From contig CAKSER010000002.1 of NCBI GenBank assembly GCA_934447715.1, positions 18,083 to 82,082 of the forward strand: a DNA stretch of 64,000 nucleotides, written 5' to 3'. A model generated the notes under the pieces. The model did no database searches and was not told the DNA's origin. It saw nothing but the letters and a program-made list of their open reading frames with translations. The position numbers and the translations under genes are program-made. Shown here in pieces: positions 19,300-29,431 of the stretch (position 1 is the stretch's first letter; the number at the start of each line of letters is the position of its first letter). The DNA is from an uncultured Eubacteriales bacterium. Its GTDB lineage: Bacteria > Bacillota > Clostridia > Oscillospirales > CAG-272.

Positions 19300-20430
19300 A
19301 TGGAAATACTGCTTGCTGCAACCTGCCTTTTCGGACTGGAAAAGTCGGTCGGAGAGGAAATTGATGCGTTGGGATATAAAAGAACCGAGACGATCGACGG
19401 AAGAGTCTACTTTAGGGCGGATATAAACGACATACCGAGACTGAATGTCAACCTCAGATACAGCGAGAGGGTATATATTGTCGTAGGGCAGATACCTGCC
19501 CCGGATTTCAATACCCTGTTCGAGGGAGTTTATGCGCTCAACTGGGAGGACTATATAAACCGCGACGGCGAATTTCCGGTAAAGGGACACAGTATAAAAA
19601 GTACGCTGTTCAGCATTCCGGACTGCCAGAAAATAATCAAAAAGGCGGTTGCAAGACGGCTCGGAGACAAATACGGGCTTTCGGTTCTGCCGGAGGTCGG
19701 TGACAGATATCAGATAGAGTTCTTTATCTTCAAGGACAGAGCCGATCTTATGATCGATACAAGCGGAGCGCCGCTGCATAAAAGAGGCTACCGCCCGGTG
19801 TCAACCGAAGCCCCCTTAAGAGAGACTCTTGCCGCCGCAATGGTCAAAATTGCAAGACCGCGCAATGACGTGCTTTTCTGGGACCCGATGTGCGGTTCCG
19901 GAACAATCGCTACGGAGGCGGCAATGCTGATGACAAACACCGCCCCGGGACTTAACCGCCATTTTGCCGCCGAATACTATGCCTTTATAAATAAAAGACT
20001 TTGGAGCGAGGCAAAGGACGAGGCAAGAGTAAAGATTATAAAAGACTGCGATTTTGAGGCATTTGCATCGGATATCAATCCGGAGGCTGTAAAAATTGCC
20101 GAAGAAACCGTAAAACGTGCCGGAATGAAGGACTTTGTAAAGGTATTCAGAAAGGACGCGCTCGAGATCAAAACAGGAGGAAGGAGAGGCACGGTTGTCT
20201 GCAATCCTCCGTACGGAGAAAGACTGCTTACCGTCCGCGAATCGGAAAATCTGTATAGGAGCATGGGAAAGCACTTTTCAACCCTTGACAGCTGGCAGAT
20301 ATATATCCTTACCTCAAACGACCGCTTTGAGTCGTTTTACGGAAGAAGAGCCGATAAGGTAAGAAAGCTCTATAACGGAATGATTCCCTGCTATTACTAT
20401 CAGTTCTTTAAAAAGCCGGACAAAAAATAA
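19300..20430 (+). CDS. THUMP-domain class I SAM-dependent RNA methyltransferase
   Basis: 376 aa. An N-terminal THUMP-like region is followed by DPMCGSGTI (SAM motif I) and NPPYGER (motif IV). Confidence 0.8.
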   Translation: MEILLAATCLFGLEKSVGEEIDALGYKRTETIDGRVYFRADINDIPRLNVNLRYSERVYIVVGQIPAPDFNTLFEGVYALNWEDYINRDGEFPVKGHSIKSTLFSIPDCQKIIKKAVARRLGDKYGLSVLPEVGDRYQIEFFIFKDRADLMIDTSGAPLHKRGYRPVSTEAPLRETLAAAMVKIARPRNDVLFWDPMCGSGTIATEAAMLMTNTAPGLNRHFAAEYYAFINKRLWSEAKDEARVKIIKDCDFEAFASDINPEAVKIAEETVKRAGMKDFVKVFRKDALEIKTGGRRGTVVCNPPYGERLLTVRESENLYRSMGKHFSTLDSWQIYILTSNDRFESFYGRRADKVRKLYNGMIPCYYYQFFKKPDKK

Positions 20431-20488
20431 TATTGTTCTTTCCCTATCTGCACGGATTTGCAAAAGCACTTCCTGTAAAAACACATTT

Positions 20489-20516
20489 CCCCCGGTAAAA
20501 CCGGGGGATTTTTTTG
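20489..20516 (+). terminator. Terminator after the THUMP methyltransferase gene
   Basis: cccccgg, loop taaaa, ccggggg, then aTTTTTTT. Confidence 0.8.
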
Positions 20517-20555
20517 TCCGAAGACAATAAAAAGCCGTTGCCGCCTGAAAACGGC

Positions 20556-20592
20556 AAAAAACCACCCGAACCGAAATCGGTCCGGATGGTTT
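20556..20592 (-). terminator. Terminator after the ftsH-small protein operon
   Basis: An imperfect 12 bp hairpin, aaccacccgaaccg/cggtccggatggtt. The minus-strand T-run corresponds to the plus-strand A-run at 20556-20560. Confidence 0.6.
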
Positions 20593-20607
20593 TTAAATTT
20601 CATGCTG

Positions 20608-21021
20608 TTATGCCTTGTCGCAGGCTCCGTCGATTGCTTCAAGATCGCAAATATCATCCGACTTGTAGGCATCCTCGGATTTGCCGAGGCCATCGGCTTC
20701 GCTCGGCTCTGCAGCCTTATCGTAAAGATCGGATGCAGCGTCGGCACACTCGGAGCAGGAATCGCATCTGCTCTTGAGCCACGGGAGGTTAATATCAATG
20801 TTCCACTCGTCATTTTCATCAACCTTGCCGGAAACATCGAGCGCAAGGGATTTTACCTTGAAGCTTTTTTTCTCGTCCCCGATCTGTATAAGATAAGGGA
20901 AAAATGCTGCAAGAGCGGCAATTCCGGCTCCGATGCCGATTATCTTCTTAAAAGACACAGCCGGCTTTTTCTTCTTAACAAAATAGCTTTCAAAATCGAA
21001 CGGTAACTCAGTGTACTTCAT
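20608..21021 (-). CDS. Small membrane protein with an acidic Cys-containing tail, translationally coupled to ftsH
   Basis: I place the start at the ATG at 21021 (MKYTELPF), which has AAGGAGG 8 nt upstream. The ORF track's ATG at 21039 overlaps the ftsH stop. The protein has one hydrophobic segment (IIGIGAGIAALAAFFPYLI) and a CDSCSEC motif followed by an acidic C-terminus. I recognised no family. Confidence 0.6.
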   Translation of the reverse strand: MKYTELPFDFESYFVKKKKPAVSFKKIIGIGAGIAALAAFFPYLIQIGDEKKSFKVKSLALDVSGKVDENDEWNIDINLPWLKSRCDSCSECADAASDLYDKAAEPSEADGLGKSEDAYKSDDICDLEAIDGACDKA

Positions 21022-21038
21022 TGTCACTGCCTCCTTCA

Positions 21039-23165
21039 TTATTTATCTTCACCGTTTTCGTCGGTTTTTTCGTCACTATCGGGGTTTTCGCCGTTTTCCG
21101 TGCTTTCGCTGTCCGGATTTTGCTGATTCTGCGAATCATTACCGCTCGAAGGAGCGCCGAAGCTTATTCCGTTGCCGCTTCCGAAGAAAATGTTGTCATT
21201 TGAGCCGGAAGCATCACCGCCACTGCCGTTTTCTGCCTTAAAGGAAGCCTCAGCACTTTCATACTGTCTTCTCTTTTCGTCATTTTCGGCATCGTTCTGT
21301 TTGCGCTTGTCATCGGCAATCTTTTCAAGATCCTCAAGTGTAACATCATCATTTGTCATGAGCGCATCAAACTGATCCTCGTCCATGATCTCATGCTTTA
21401 CAAGGAATTCCGCCGTAAAGTCGAGCTTGCTTCTGTTGGCTTCGAGAATTTCGATAACCTTTGCAAACGCCTCGCCGATAATCTTCTTTATCTCGTCATC
21501 AATCTTGGCTGCAGTCTCGTCGGAATAGTTCCTGTCGGAGTTGAAGTCGCGGCCTAAGAATACCTCGTCGCTGTCATGCTCTCCGCCATATACAACAAGA
21601 CCGAGATCGTCGCTCATTCCGTATCTTGTTACCATGCTGCGTGCAACCGATGTGGCTCTCTTAAGATCCTCGGAGGCACCTGTTGTAACATCGCCGTAAA
21701 TAATCTTTTCCGCAGCTCTTCCGCCGAGCATCGTTTCGATCTTCGCTATCATCTCGGAGCGTCTCATGTGAGAATTCTCCTCCTTCGGAAGCGAAAGCGT
21801 ATAGCCTGCGGCTCTTCCGCTCGGAATTACCGAGATCTGGTGAACCTTTTCGGCAGGCGAAACAATTTTTGTAACAATCGCATGACCTGCCTCATGATAT
21901 GCAGTCAGTCTCTTGTCCTCGTCCTTTATTACCTTCGAGCTCTTCTTTGTTCCGACAATCGCCTTGATAGAAGCTTCTTCAATATCCTCCATGCCGATAA
22001 GCGATTTGTTCTTTCTTGCCGCAAGAAGCGCAGCCTCGTTAAGCAGATTGGCAAGATCCGCACCGGTAAATCCGATTGTGGTTTTTGCAACTGTTTTGAG
22101 ATCGACATCCGACGCAAACGGCTTATCCTTTGAATGAACCTTTAAGATATCCTCTCTTCCCTTTGCGTCCGGAAGACCGACGGTTACCTGTCTGTCAAAG
22201 CGTCCGGGTCTTAAAAGCGCCGGGTCGAGAATGTCGGGGCGGTTGGTTGCAGCCATAACGATAACTCCGTCATGCTTGCCGAAGCCGTCCATTTCAACAA
22301 GGAGCTGGTTAAGAGTCTGTTCTCTTTCATCGTGTCCGCCGCCGAGCCCTGCTCCTCTGTGACGTCCGACAGCATCGATTTCATCGATAAATACGATGCT
22401 TGCCGGATTTTTCTTTGCGGTTTCAAACAGGTCGCGCACTCTCGAGGCACCGACACCGACATACATTTCAACAAAGTCAGAGCCGGAAATCGAATAGAAA
22501 GGAACTCCGGCCTCGCCTGCAACAGCCTTTGCAAGCAATGTTTTTCCTGTACCGGGAGGTCCTACAAGAAGAACACCGTGCGGAATGCTTGCACCGAGCT
22601 TGGTATATTTTGTCGGATTCCTTAAGAAGTCAACAACTTCGCTTAATTCCTGCTTTTCCTCGTCACACCCTGCAACATCGGTAAATCGCACCTTGTTCTT
22701 TTCGGCATTGCCGAGCTTCGCCTTTGCCTTTCCGAAGGAATTCATCTTTCCTCCTCCGGTTGCCTGCCTGATCATAAAAATCCAGAGTGCAATCGATATT
22801 ACCGCAAGCAGAATATACGGCAGCCACATCAGCCATGCCGGGCTTTCCTTCGGCTTGATATAGTCGTATTCCTCAATTATCCCCTTCTGCTTCTGTTCAA
22901 GAATCAAATCGTCAAAATCATAGTAAAAGATGTTGAAATCGCGCAGCTCATAGTAATACTGCTTGTCATCCTTTGTTACGATCTGCACCTCGTTTTTTCC
23001 GGTGACGGTAAATTTCTTTACCTGCTCATTCTGAAAAAGCGTCACAAGGTCGCTGTATGTCGTCTTGTCTCCCCTGCTTGCGTTGCCAAAGGCAAAGGAC
23101 AAAAAGACAATTACCGCGACTATGAACAAAAGATAGAAGATAATTGTTTTTAGGTTTTTCTTCAT
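21039..23165 (-). CDS. ftsH: ATP-dependent zinc metalloprotease FtsH
   Basis: 708 aa with two N-terminal TM segments, Walker A GPPGTGKT, an SRH region, the HEAGH zinc motif and a roughly 95 aa low-complexity acidic C-terminal tail. Confidence 0.95.
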   Translation of the reverse strand: MKKNLKTIIFYLLFIVAVIVFLSFAFGNASRGDKTTYSDLVTLFQNEQVKKFTVTGKNEVQIVTKDDKQYYYELRDFNIFYYDFDDLILEQKQKGIIEEYDYIKPKESPAWLMWLPYILLAVISIALWIFMIRQATGGGKMNSFGKAKAKLGNAEKNKVRFTDVAGCDEEKQELSEVVDFLRNPTKYTKLGASIPHGVLLVGPPGTGKTLLAKAVAGEAGVPFYSISGSDFVEMYVGVGASRVRDLFETAKKNPASIVFIDEIDAVGRHRGAGLGGGHDEREQTLNQLLVEMDGFGKHDGVIVMAATNRPDILDPALLRPGRFDRQVTVGLPDAKGREDILKVHSKDKPFASDVDLKTVAKTTIGFTGADLANLLNEAALLAARKNKSLIGMEDIEEASIKAIVGTKKSSKVIKDEDKRLTAYHEAGHAIVTKIVSPAEKVHQISVIPSGRAAGYTLSLPKEENSHMRRSEMIAKIETMLGGRAAEKIIYGDVTTGASEDLKRATSVARSMVTRYGMSDDLGLVVYGGEHDSDEVFLGRDFNSDRNYSDETAAKIDDEIKKIIGEAFAKVIEILEANRSKLDFTAEFLVKHEIMDEDQFDALMTNDDVTLEDLEKIADDKRKQNDAENDEKRRQYESAEASFKAENGSGGDASGSNDNIFFGSGNGISFGAPSSGNDSQNQQNPDSESTENGENPDSDEKTDENGEDK

Positions 23166-23234
23166 TTGAGTGCTGTTCCTCTCTGAATTATTCTGAATTG
23201 CAATGCTGTATCTTTGTAGTAACAGAATTGCAGC

Positions 23235-23254
23235 CTGGAATTATCTGGAATTAT
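23235..23254. repeat. Perfect tandem 10-mer ctggaattat x2 upstream of ftsH
   Basis: ctggaattat at 23235-23244 and again at 23245-23254. Related ctgaatta/ctgaattg/agaattgca copies occur at 23183-23232. Confidence 0.7.
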
Positions 23255-23266
23255 AATGATGAAAAA

Positions 23267-23812
23267 TCAGTCGTTATTTTCGTAGATTTCCGGCTTTAAA
23301 ACGCCTATGTAAGGCAGTGCGCGGTATTTTTCGGCAAAATCGAGTCCGTAGCCAACAACAAATTCGTCGGGAATCTCAACTCCGGTAATTTCCGGCTTGA
23401 AATCGACCTCTCTGCGGTCCGGCTTGTCAAGAAGAGTGCAGGTGCGTACGGAACGCGCGCCCTTCAGCTTCAGATAATCAACAAGATAAGCCAGCGTCTT
23501 TCCGCTGTCGATAATGTCCTCGACAATAAGGATATCGATATCCTGCAGGTCGTTTCTTAAAAGGTCAAGAATTATGTTGATGTTTTTCGAGGATTTTGTT
23601 GAGGCGCCGTATGAGGATACCTTCATAAAATCAATTTCCACCGGGGTTTTTATGTGCTTCATGAGATCTCCCATGAATACAACAGAGCCCTTTAAAATTC
23701 CGAGAAGCAGAAGTCTGTTGTAGCCTTCTCTTTCGTAAAGCTCATCGATCTGTGCAGCGATATTCTTTACAATTCCCTGCACCTCATATTCGTTTATAAG
23801 AATTTTTGCCAT
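23267..23812 (-). CDS. hpt: Hypoxanthine phosphoribosyltransferase
   Basis: It carries the PRPP-binding motif ILIVEDIIDSGKTL. I moved the start to the ATG at 23812 (MAKILINEYE). The longer ORF track version reads into tilS. Confidence 0.9.
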   Translation of the reverse strand: MAKILINEYEVQGIVKNIAAQIDELYEREGYNRLLLLGILKGSVVFMGDLMKHIKTPVEIDFMKVSSYGASTKSSKNINIILDLLRNDLQDIDILIVEDIIDSGKTLAYLVDYLKLKGARSVRTCTLLDKPDRREVDFKPEITGVEIPDEFVVGYGLDFAEKYRALPYIGVLKPEIYENND

Positions 23813-23816
23813 ATCG

Positions 23817-25229
23817 TTATTCAGGTTTTTCACTTTTATAATCTCCTTTAAAGAAATAAAATCTAAGCGGTGCTCCGCCGTCAGCCGCCCCAAGACCGTC
23901 TCTTAAAGGGAATCCGGGCAAAAAGCAGATTCCGCCGCCGTCACAGACGATCGGAGTGCTTTGCCTTTCCTCCATGCTGCTCTTTTTCGACTGCATAAGC
24001 TTGCGGACGCTTCGCGTCATACCACCGAAGCGATATTTGTCGCCTTCCCTGCGATTTCTGACAAAAACAGTACCTTTGATTTTATCAGAAGCAAGGTCCT
24101 CTTGTATATATAATTTGTAAATATTTTTTAAGTCTTTTATATCTTTTTCAGCCGTATCAGGATCGCTTCGGTCGTCAAGATAGACGATATTTTGCCCCGG
24201 AAGATAGTTTATACCGGAAAAAAGCGTGATGCAGAAATCGGTCTGCGCCGTATTTTTTTCATGCCTGCCGACCCTGTCGGATTTTGAAAAGAATACCTCG
24301 TCCCGGTCAACATTAAAGTCGTATCCGCCGGAAAACGAGACGGATTGATGCGCAGAGTCGCCCTTTAAAATCGCGATTGCTTTTTTTATCTGCTCCGCAC
24401 CCGGCTCACAGCCGAAGTCCTTTGCCGCCGATGCTATTACCCTTGAAAGAATCGGAAAGGGAAGACACGAAAGCGCCTTTCTTCCGTCCGACAGGGAACT
24501 TGACTCTGCCATGCTGCAAAGAAGCTCGTTGTCCTCTCTTAAAAGCCTGCTGCTTCTTGAAAATGCATCCTCTGCTGCCGGATTGATTTTCTTCAGCTCC
24601 GGCACAATAACATGCCTGATGTAGTTTCTGGTATATTCTGTGTCGAAATTCGTTTTATCTGTAGCAAAATCAAGTCCTTTTTCACTGCAATATTCAAGAA
24701 TTTCGGCTTTTGTGCAGTAGATAAGCGGTCTTATTATATTTCCTCTCACAGCCGGGATTCCGCAAAGCCCCGAAAGGCCGCAGCCTCTTGCAAGATGAAA
24801 GATAACCGTTTCAAGATTGTCGGAAGAATTATGAGCAGTGGCAACCCGTTCTATTCGGTGCTCACTGCATATTTTTTCAAATGCCTCATACCTGACTTTT
24901 CTCGCCGCTTCCTCAAGACCCTCGCGGTTTTTTCTTGCAAGAAGCGGAACATCCTCTCTTACGGTAAAAAAGCGTATCTGCCTTTTTTCACAGAAGTCCC
25001 TGCAAAATTCCTCGTCATCGTCGGCGTCCCTGCCTCTGATACAGTGATTAACATGAACGGCAGAAACAGATATGCCGTTTTCTTTTCCGTACTCATATAA
25101 AAGCTGTAAAAGAGCAGTCGAATCCGCTCCTCCGGAAAAGCCGACAAGAACCGATTTTGCTCCGTCAAGCATAGAGAAGTCGTTTAACGCATCGCGGAAT
25201 TTTCCGACGGCAGAAGTCATTTTTGTCAT
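23817..25229 (-). CDS. tilS: tRNA(Ile)-lysidine synthetase
   Basis: 470 aa with the PP-loop VGFSGGADS. It sits in the classic tilS-hpt-ftsH order. Confidence 0.9.
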   Translation of the reverse strand: MTKMTSAVGKFRDALNDFSMLDGAKSVLVGFSGGADSTALLQLLYEYGKENGISVSAVHVNHCIRGRDADDDEEFCRDFCEKRQIRFFTVREDVPLLARKNREGLEEAARKVRYEAFEKICSEHRIERVATAHNSSDNLETVIFHLARGCGLSGLCGIPAVRGNIIRPLIYCTKAEILEYCSEKGLDFATDKTNFDTEYTRNYIRHVIVPELKKINPAAEDAFSRSSRLLREDNELLCSMAESSSLSDGRKALSCLPFPILSRVIASAAKDFGCEPGAEQIKKAIAILKGDSAHQSVSFSGGYDFNVDRDEVFFSKSDRVGRHEKNTAQTDFCITLFSGINYLPGQNIVYLDDRSDPDTAEKDIKDLKNIYKLYIQEDLASDKIKGTVFVRNRREGDKYRFGGMTRSVRKLMQSKKSSMEERQSTPIVCDGGGICFLPGFPLRDGLGAADGGAPLRFYFFKGDYKSEKPE

Positions 25230-26596
25230 TCTCCTTCGTTCCTGTCGGAAAGGGTTGTAAACTTTGTATATTGCGCAAACCAGCCCACCTTGACATTCTG
25301 AATGCTTCCGTGACGGTTTTTCGCAACAATAACCTCTGCCACATTCTGACCTGCATCAATGCTGTCCTTAGAATCTGCCTGCTCCGCATAATATTCGTCG
25401 CGGTATAAGAACATGACAACATCCGCGTCCTGCTCGATCGCTCCGGAGTCACGCAGGTCCGAAAGCATAGGTCTTTTGTTTGTTCTCTGCTCCGGTCCTC
25501 TCGAAAGCTGCGCACAGCAGATAATCGGCACCTGAAGATCCTTTGCAAGGAGCTTGAGATTTCTTGAGATGTCGGCAACCTCCTGTACACGGTTGTTTGT
25601 GTTTCTTTCGTTCTGCATAAGCTGCAGATAGTCGATAATAACAAGCCCGAGTCCCTTTACTCTGCGGAGCTTTGCCTTCATGCTCGTGACCGTCATGCCG
25701 GAGGTGTCGTCGATAAGTATCTCGCACTCGCTCAGCATTGCAGAGGCTGTTGCAAGCTTCTGCCAGTCCTCATTCGAAAGATTTCCCGAGCGGATTGCAT
25801 AGCTGTCGATAAGCGCCTCGCTCGAAAGCATTCTGGAGGTAAGCTGCTCTGCAGACATTTCAAGAGAGAAAACGCAGACGGTTTTTCCCTTCTGCCTTGC
25901 AACCCTTGTTGCAATATTCATGGCAAAGCTCGTTTTTCCCATACCCGGGCGCGCTCCGACAAGAATCAGATCTCCCGGAGCCATTCCGACAAGCACCTTG
26001 TCAATGTCCTCAAAGCCGGTCTTTGCACCGATTGCAGCCTCTTTGTCGGTCTTTAAAAGCTTTAAATGATCGTAGTTTGCAAGAAGCGCCTCTCTTATGT
26101 GAGTAAAGCCCTTGCTTTCGTGACCCTCCGCAATAGAGAATATCATCTGCTCGGCATTGTCAAGCAGGCTTTCAACCTCGTTCTGCTCGGAATAAGCCTT
26201 TTCGGTGATTTCGCCGCAAACGCCGATAAGCTGCCTTAATATGCTCTTGTCTCTGACAATTGCCGCATAGTCCTTGACGTTCGACGCCGTCGGAACGACA
26301 GAGGCAATCACCTTTATATATTTTTTCCCGTCCTCGTCGTTTTTATAAACGCCTCTGAGCGTAAGCATGTCGATAAGCGTTACAAGATCGATCTTTCTGC
26401 TGTGCAAAAACAGCTCCTGCATTGCAAGATATATCTGTACATGCTCGTCGATATAAAAATCATCGCTTTTAAGTATAGTAGCGACCTCGGTAAAGCATTC
26501 CGGCTCGATCAGAATAGAACCGAGAACCGACTGCTCCGCCTCGAGAGAAAACGGCAGATTTCTTTGAAATCCGAGAAGTTCGTTTCCTGTATCCAT
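25226..26596 (-). CDS. dnaB: Replicative DNA helicase
   Basis: 456 aa with Walker A GARPGMGKTSFAMN. It sits in the DnaB family L9-helicase neighbourhood. Confidence 0.95.
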   Translation of the reverse strand: MDTGNELLGFQRNLPFSLEAEQSVLGSILIEPECFTEVATILKSDDFYIDEHVQIYLAMQELFLHSRKIDLVTLIDMLTLRGVYKNDEDGKKYIKVIASVVPTASNVKDYAAIVRDKSILRQLIGVCGEITEKAYSEQNEVESLLDNAEQMIFSIAEGHESKGFTHIREALLANYDHLKLLKTDKEAAIGAKTGFEDIDKVLVGMAPGDLILVGARPGMGKTSFAMNIATRVARQKGKTVCVFSLEMSAEQLTSRMLSSEALIDSYAIRSGNLSNEDWQKLATASAMLSECEILIDDTSGMTVTSMKAKLRRVKGLGLVIIDYLQLMQNERNTNNRVQEVADISRNLKLLAKDLQVPIICCAQLSRGPEQRTNKRPMLSDLRDSGAIEQDADVVMFLYRDEYYAEQADSKDSIDAGQNVAEVIVAKNRHGSIQNVKVGWFAQYTKFTTLSDRNEGE

Positions 26597-26658
26597 TAAA
26601 AGACGCGCCTTTCCTGTTTTTTGTTTTTAAAAATCAATTGCTTTTTCCCCTGACCGTC

Positions 26659-27105
26659 TTATTTATCGGAGACGATAACATGAATCTTTCCGAGCACATC
26701 CGAAAAGAGCTTGACATCAAAGCTGTATGCGCCGAACGCCTTGATCTGCTCGTTCATTACGATCTTTCTCTTGTCGATTTCAATGCCGTGATCCGAAAGC
26801 AGCTTTTCTGCTATATCCTTTGAGGTAACCGCACCGTAAAGACGGCCGTCCGCACTTGCCTGCTGAATAATTTTAACGGTTATTCCGGTCAGCTTTTCGG
26901 CTATTTCCTTTGCAGCCTGTCTTTCAAGCTCGATCTTGTGCAGACGGGATTCCTCCTGTGCCTTAAGCTCGTTTATAGCCTTCTTGTCTGCCTCTACGGC
27001 AAGCTTGTTTTTAAAAAGATAATTGTGCGCATATCCGTCCGAGACATTGATAATCTCGCCCTTTTTTCCCTGCGCCTTTACATCTGCAAGCAATACTACC
27101 TTCAT
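26659..27105 (-). CDS. rplI: 50S ribosomal protein L9
   Basis: 148 aa starting [30 protein letters not shown]. Confidence 0.95.
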   Translation of the reverse strand: MKVVLLADVKAQGKKGEIINVSDGYAHNYLFKNKLAVEADKKAINELKAQEESRLHKIELERQAAKEIAEKLTGITVKIIQQASADGRLYGAVTSKDIAEKLLSDHGIEIDKRKIVMNEQIKAFGAYSFDVKLFSDVLGKIHVIVSDK

Positions 27106-27230
27106 TTTTTATATCTCCGTTTCTGTAATTTTTTATTTAAAATTTTTTCCGAATGTCAAAATATCAGACTGCGCCGGTTCGGTCAGCTCTGTCGGATGCC
27201 CGGTCGGTTCAATCGGTACCGAACCCCGGA

Positions 27231-29246
27231 TCAGCCCTCGTCAAGATATGCGTCTATCGATTCCTTCAGCCTGCTTAAGGCATCCTTCATCGATTCATTA
27301 AGCTGAGTTGCCGCCGACTGATAATGGCCTCCGCCCTCAAGCCTTTCAAGAATCGCCTGTACGTTGATCGTTCCGAGCGACCTTGCGGAAATATGAATGA
27401 TACTTCCGATCCGGCAAAGAGCAAACGAAGCAAGAACGCCGTTTACAGTAAGCAGCCTGTCTGCCGCCTTTGCCGCAGATATGCGGTCGGATGCGGTGTT
27501 GCCGTCATCGTCGTTTAATGAAATGGCAATAACCTTTCTGTATATTACGACGTTGGATTCGAATTTCGCCTCCGAAATAAAGTCGTCAAGCCCTGTTTTA
27601 AAGAGCGTCTGCGCACCTGTCGGATCAGCCCCCTCTCTTCTTAAGTAGAGCGCCGCGCCGAAGGTTCTTACCCCCGTGCTTCTCGTAAACTGCTTTGTGT
27701 CAAGAAGGATTCCGGCATACATAAGGTTTGCCTCCTCCTCAAGCAGCGTTCCGGACGGAAGCGATTGCTCGAGAATCTCCGCAACAAGCTCGCACGCTGA
27801 CGATGCCGACGGCTCGATATATGAAACAGCCGGCTGCCTCTCAAACTCGGCGGTTTTCCTGTGGTGATCGATTATAGCTACCCTACAGCAGATTTCCTCC
27901 GCTTCAGGCAGTTCAAACTGAAGCTTGTTGTTGACATCGAGAATGATCAGCATCGTGTCCGGCGTAATACTTTCAAGAGCGTCGTTTGCTCCTATAAACG
28001 TGTCGCTATATTCCGCGATACCGGAAAGACGTTCACGCGCAATCTTAAAATTCAGATCGTCCGGGTTTACTATTATGTTTACGTCAACTCCGCAGAATCT
28101 GCACATTCTCGCCATGCCGATGCAGGCTCCGATGCCGTCAAAATCGACATTCCTGTGCGCCATAAGAAGAACATTCGAGCTTTTGATTATAAGCGCGGCA
28201 AGCTCGTTTGCAACAACCCTTGCACGGACATTTGTTCGCTTCTGAACCGTCTTGTTCTTTCCGCCGTAGAAATCGAGACTGTTTTCAGTCTTTACAACAA
28301 CCTGATCTCCGCCTCTCTGCAGAGCCATTTCAAGAGCATCCCTTGCCGCTCTGTCCTTTTCCGCAAGCGTTCCGCCGATCTGCGCAATTCCCATCGAGAT
28401 GGTAACCGCAAGCTTGTTGTCGCCTATCCTGATCTCGCGGATCCTGTCAAGCACGTCAAATTTGTCCTCGATAAGCTTTTTCATGCTTTTCGCACGGAAA
28501 ACAACGATATATCTGTCTCTTTCAAACTCCTTGATTATTCCGTCAACCTCGTCAGCCCATTTCTTTAGGACCTGGGTTGCTTCGTTTGCGGCAGATCTGG
28601 ATTCCTCCTTTGCATACTGCTGGAGCTCCTCTACATTATCTATATAGGCGTATGCAACAAGCGATTCCTCGTCCGCAAGCCTTTCCTTAAGCTCCTCCAC
28701 CCTGCTTTCGTCGTCGAAAAGGACAACAAAATAGTTCTTGTCGTCATGACCGACACGGTAGCCGGATACCGAAAACGGCTTGTCGGAAAGAATAACCGTT
28801 TTTCTTTCCTCCTCATCGACAATGCTCAAAAGCGGAATCCCGAAGACATTTTCAAAGGTCTGCCCGAAAAAGTTCCCCTTTGCATCCTGAAGTGAGGAAA
28901 AGGCAATATTGTGCCAAAGAATCCTGCCGTCCTCGCGGCAGACAATTGCCGGAATGTGCATGTTCGCAATCATTTCAAGAGTGATTCCGCCGAGCACCGG
29001 AGCAATCTCCTTTGAAATCCCGGCCGACCTCTTCGGACTCTTTGCCCCCTGCGTAAGCAGAAACGTGACAAAGGTCATGGCAAGCAGATAAAATACCGCA
29101 GCAGCCGAAGCAACAATTGCTTGGTCAAGATGAACATATCGGCATAAAAGGAACGATATTACCGCCACCGATACCGCAATTGCCGAATCTATCAAAAGAA
29201 TTCTTCCGTATGGAGTTTTAAATATTTCCTTAAACTTTCCACGCAT
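27231..29246 (-). CDS. gdpP: GdpP/YybT-type DHH-DHHA1 phosphodiesterase (cyclic-di-AMP phosphodiesterase family)
   Basis: 671 aa with two N-terminal TM segments, a degenerate GGDEF-like middle region, the DHH motif (IIDHHRK) and the DHHA1 GGGH motif (LEGGGHYQ). It is upstream of rplI, as in Bacillus yybT. Confidence 0.85.
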   Translation of the reverse strand: MRGKFKEIFKTPYGRILLIDSAIAVSVAVISFLLCRYVHLDQAIVASAAAVFYLLAMTFVTFLLTQGAKSPKRSAGISKEIAPVLGGITLEMIANMHIPAIVCREDGRILWHNIAFSSLQDAKGNFFGQTFENVFGIPLLSIVDEEERKTVILSDKPFSVSGYRVGHDDKNYFVVLFDDESRVEELKERLADEESLVAYAYIDNVEELQQYAKEESRSAANEATQVLKKWADEVDGIIKEFERDRYIVVFRAKSMKKLIEDKFDVLDRIREIRIGDNKLAVTISMGIAQIGGTLAEKDRAARDALEMALQRGGDQVVVKTENSLDFYGGKNKTVQKRTNVRARVVANELAALIIKSSNVLLMAHRNVDFDGIGACIGMARMCRFCGVDVNIIVNPDDLNFKIARERLSGIAEYSDTFIGANDALESITPDTMLIILDVNNKLQFELPEAEEICCRVAIIDHHRKTAEFERQPAVSYIEPSASSACELVAEILEQSLPSGTLLEEEANLMYAGILLDTKQFTRSTGVRTFGAALYLRREGADPTGAQTLFKTGLDDFISEAKFESNVVIYRKVIAISLNDDDGNTASDRISAAKAADRLLTVNGVLASFALCRIGSIIHISARSLGTINVQAILERLEGGGHYQSAATQLNESMKDALSRLKESIDAYLDEG

Positions 29247-29336
29247 ATATCATTTACCTTTCGGTTTTCGGTCAAAATTGCATATACATAATGTATTTTA
29301 CCACCTTTTTCCCGATTTGTAAACATCTAATAATAA

Positions 29337-29366
29337 ATAAAAAAAGAAAAGGAGGCAAAAGCCCCC
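29337..29366 (-). terminator. Terminator after the flavin reductase-like gene
   Basis: On the minus strand, gggggc tttt gcctcc is followed by ttttcttttttt. Confidence 0.6.
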
Positions 29367-29431
29367 GTCTCTTCTCTTTGCGGATCGGGAATATAGTAAC
29401 CCCCGAAATAAATGCATCCGATTTGCTTGCT

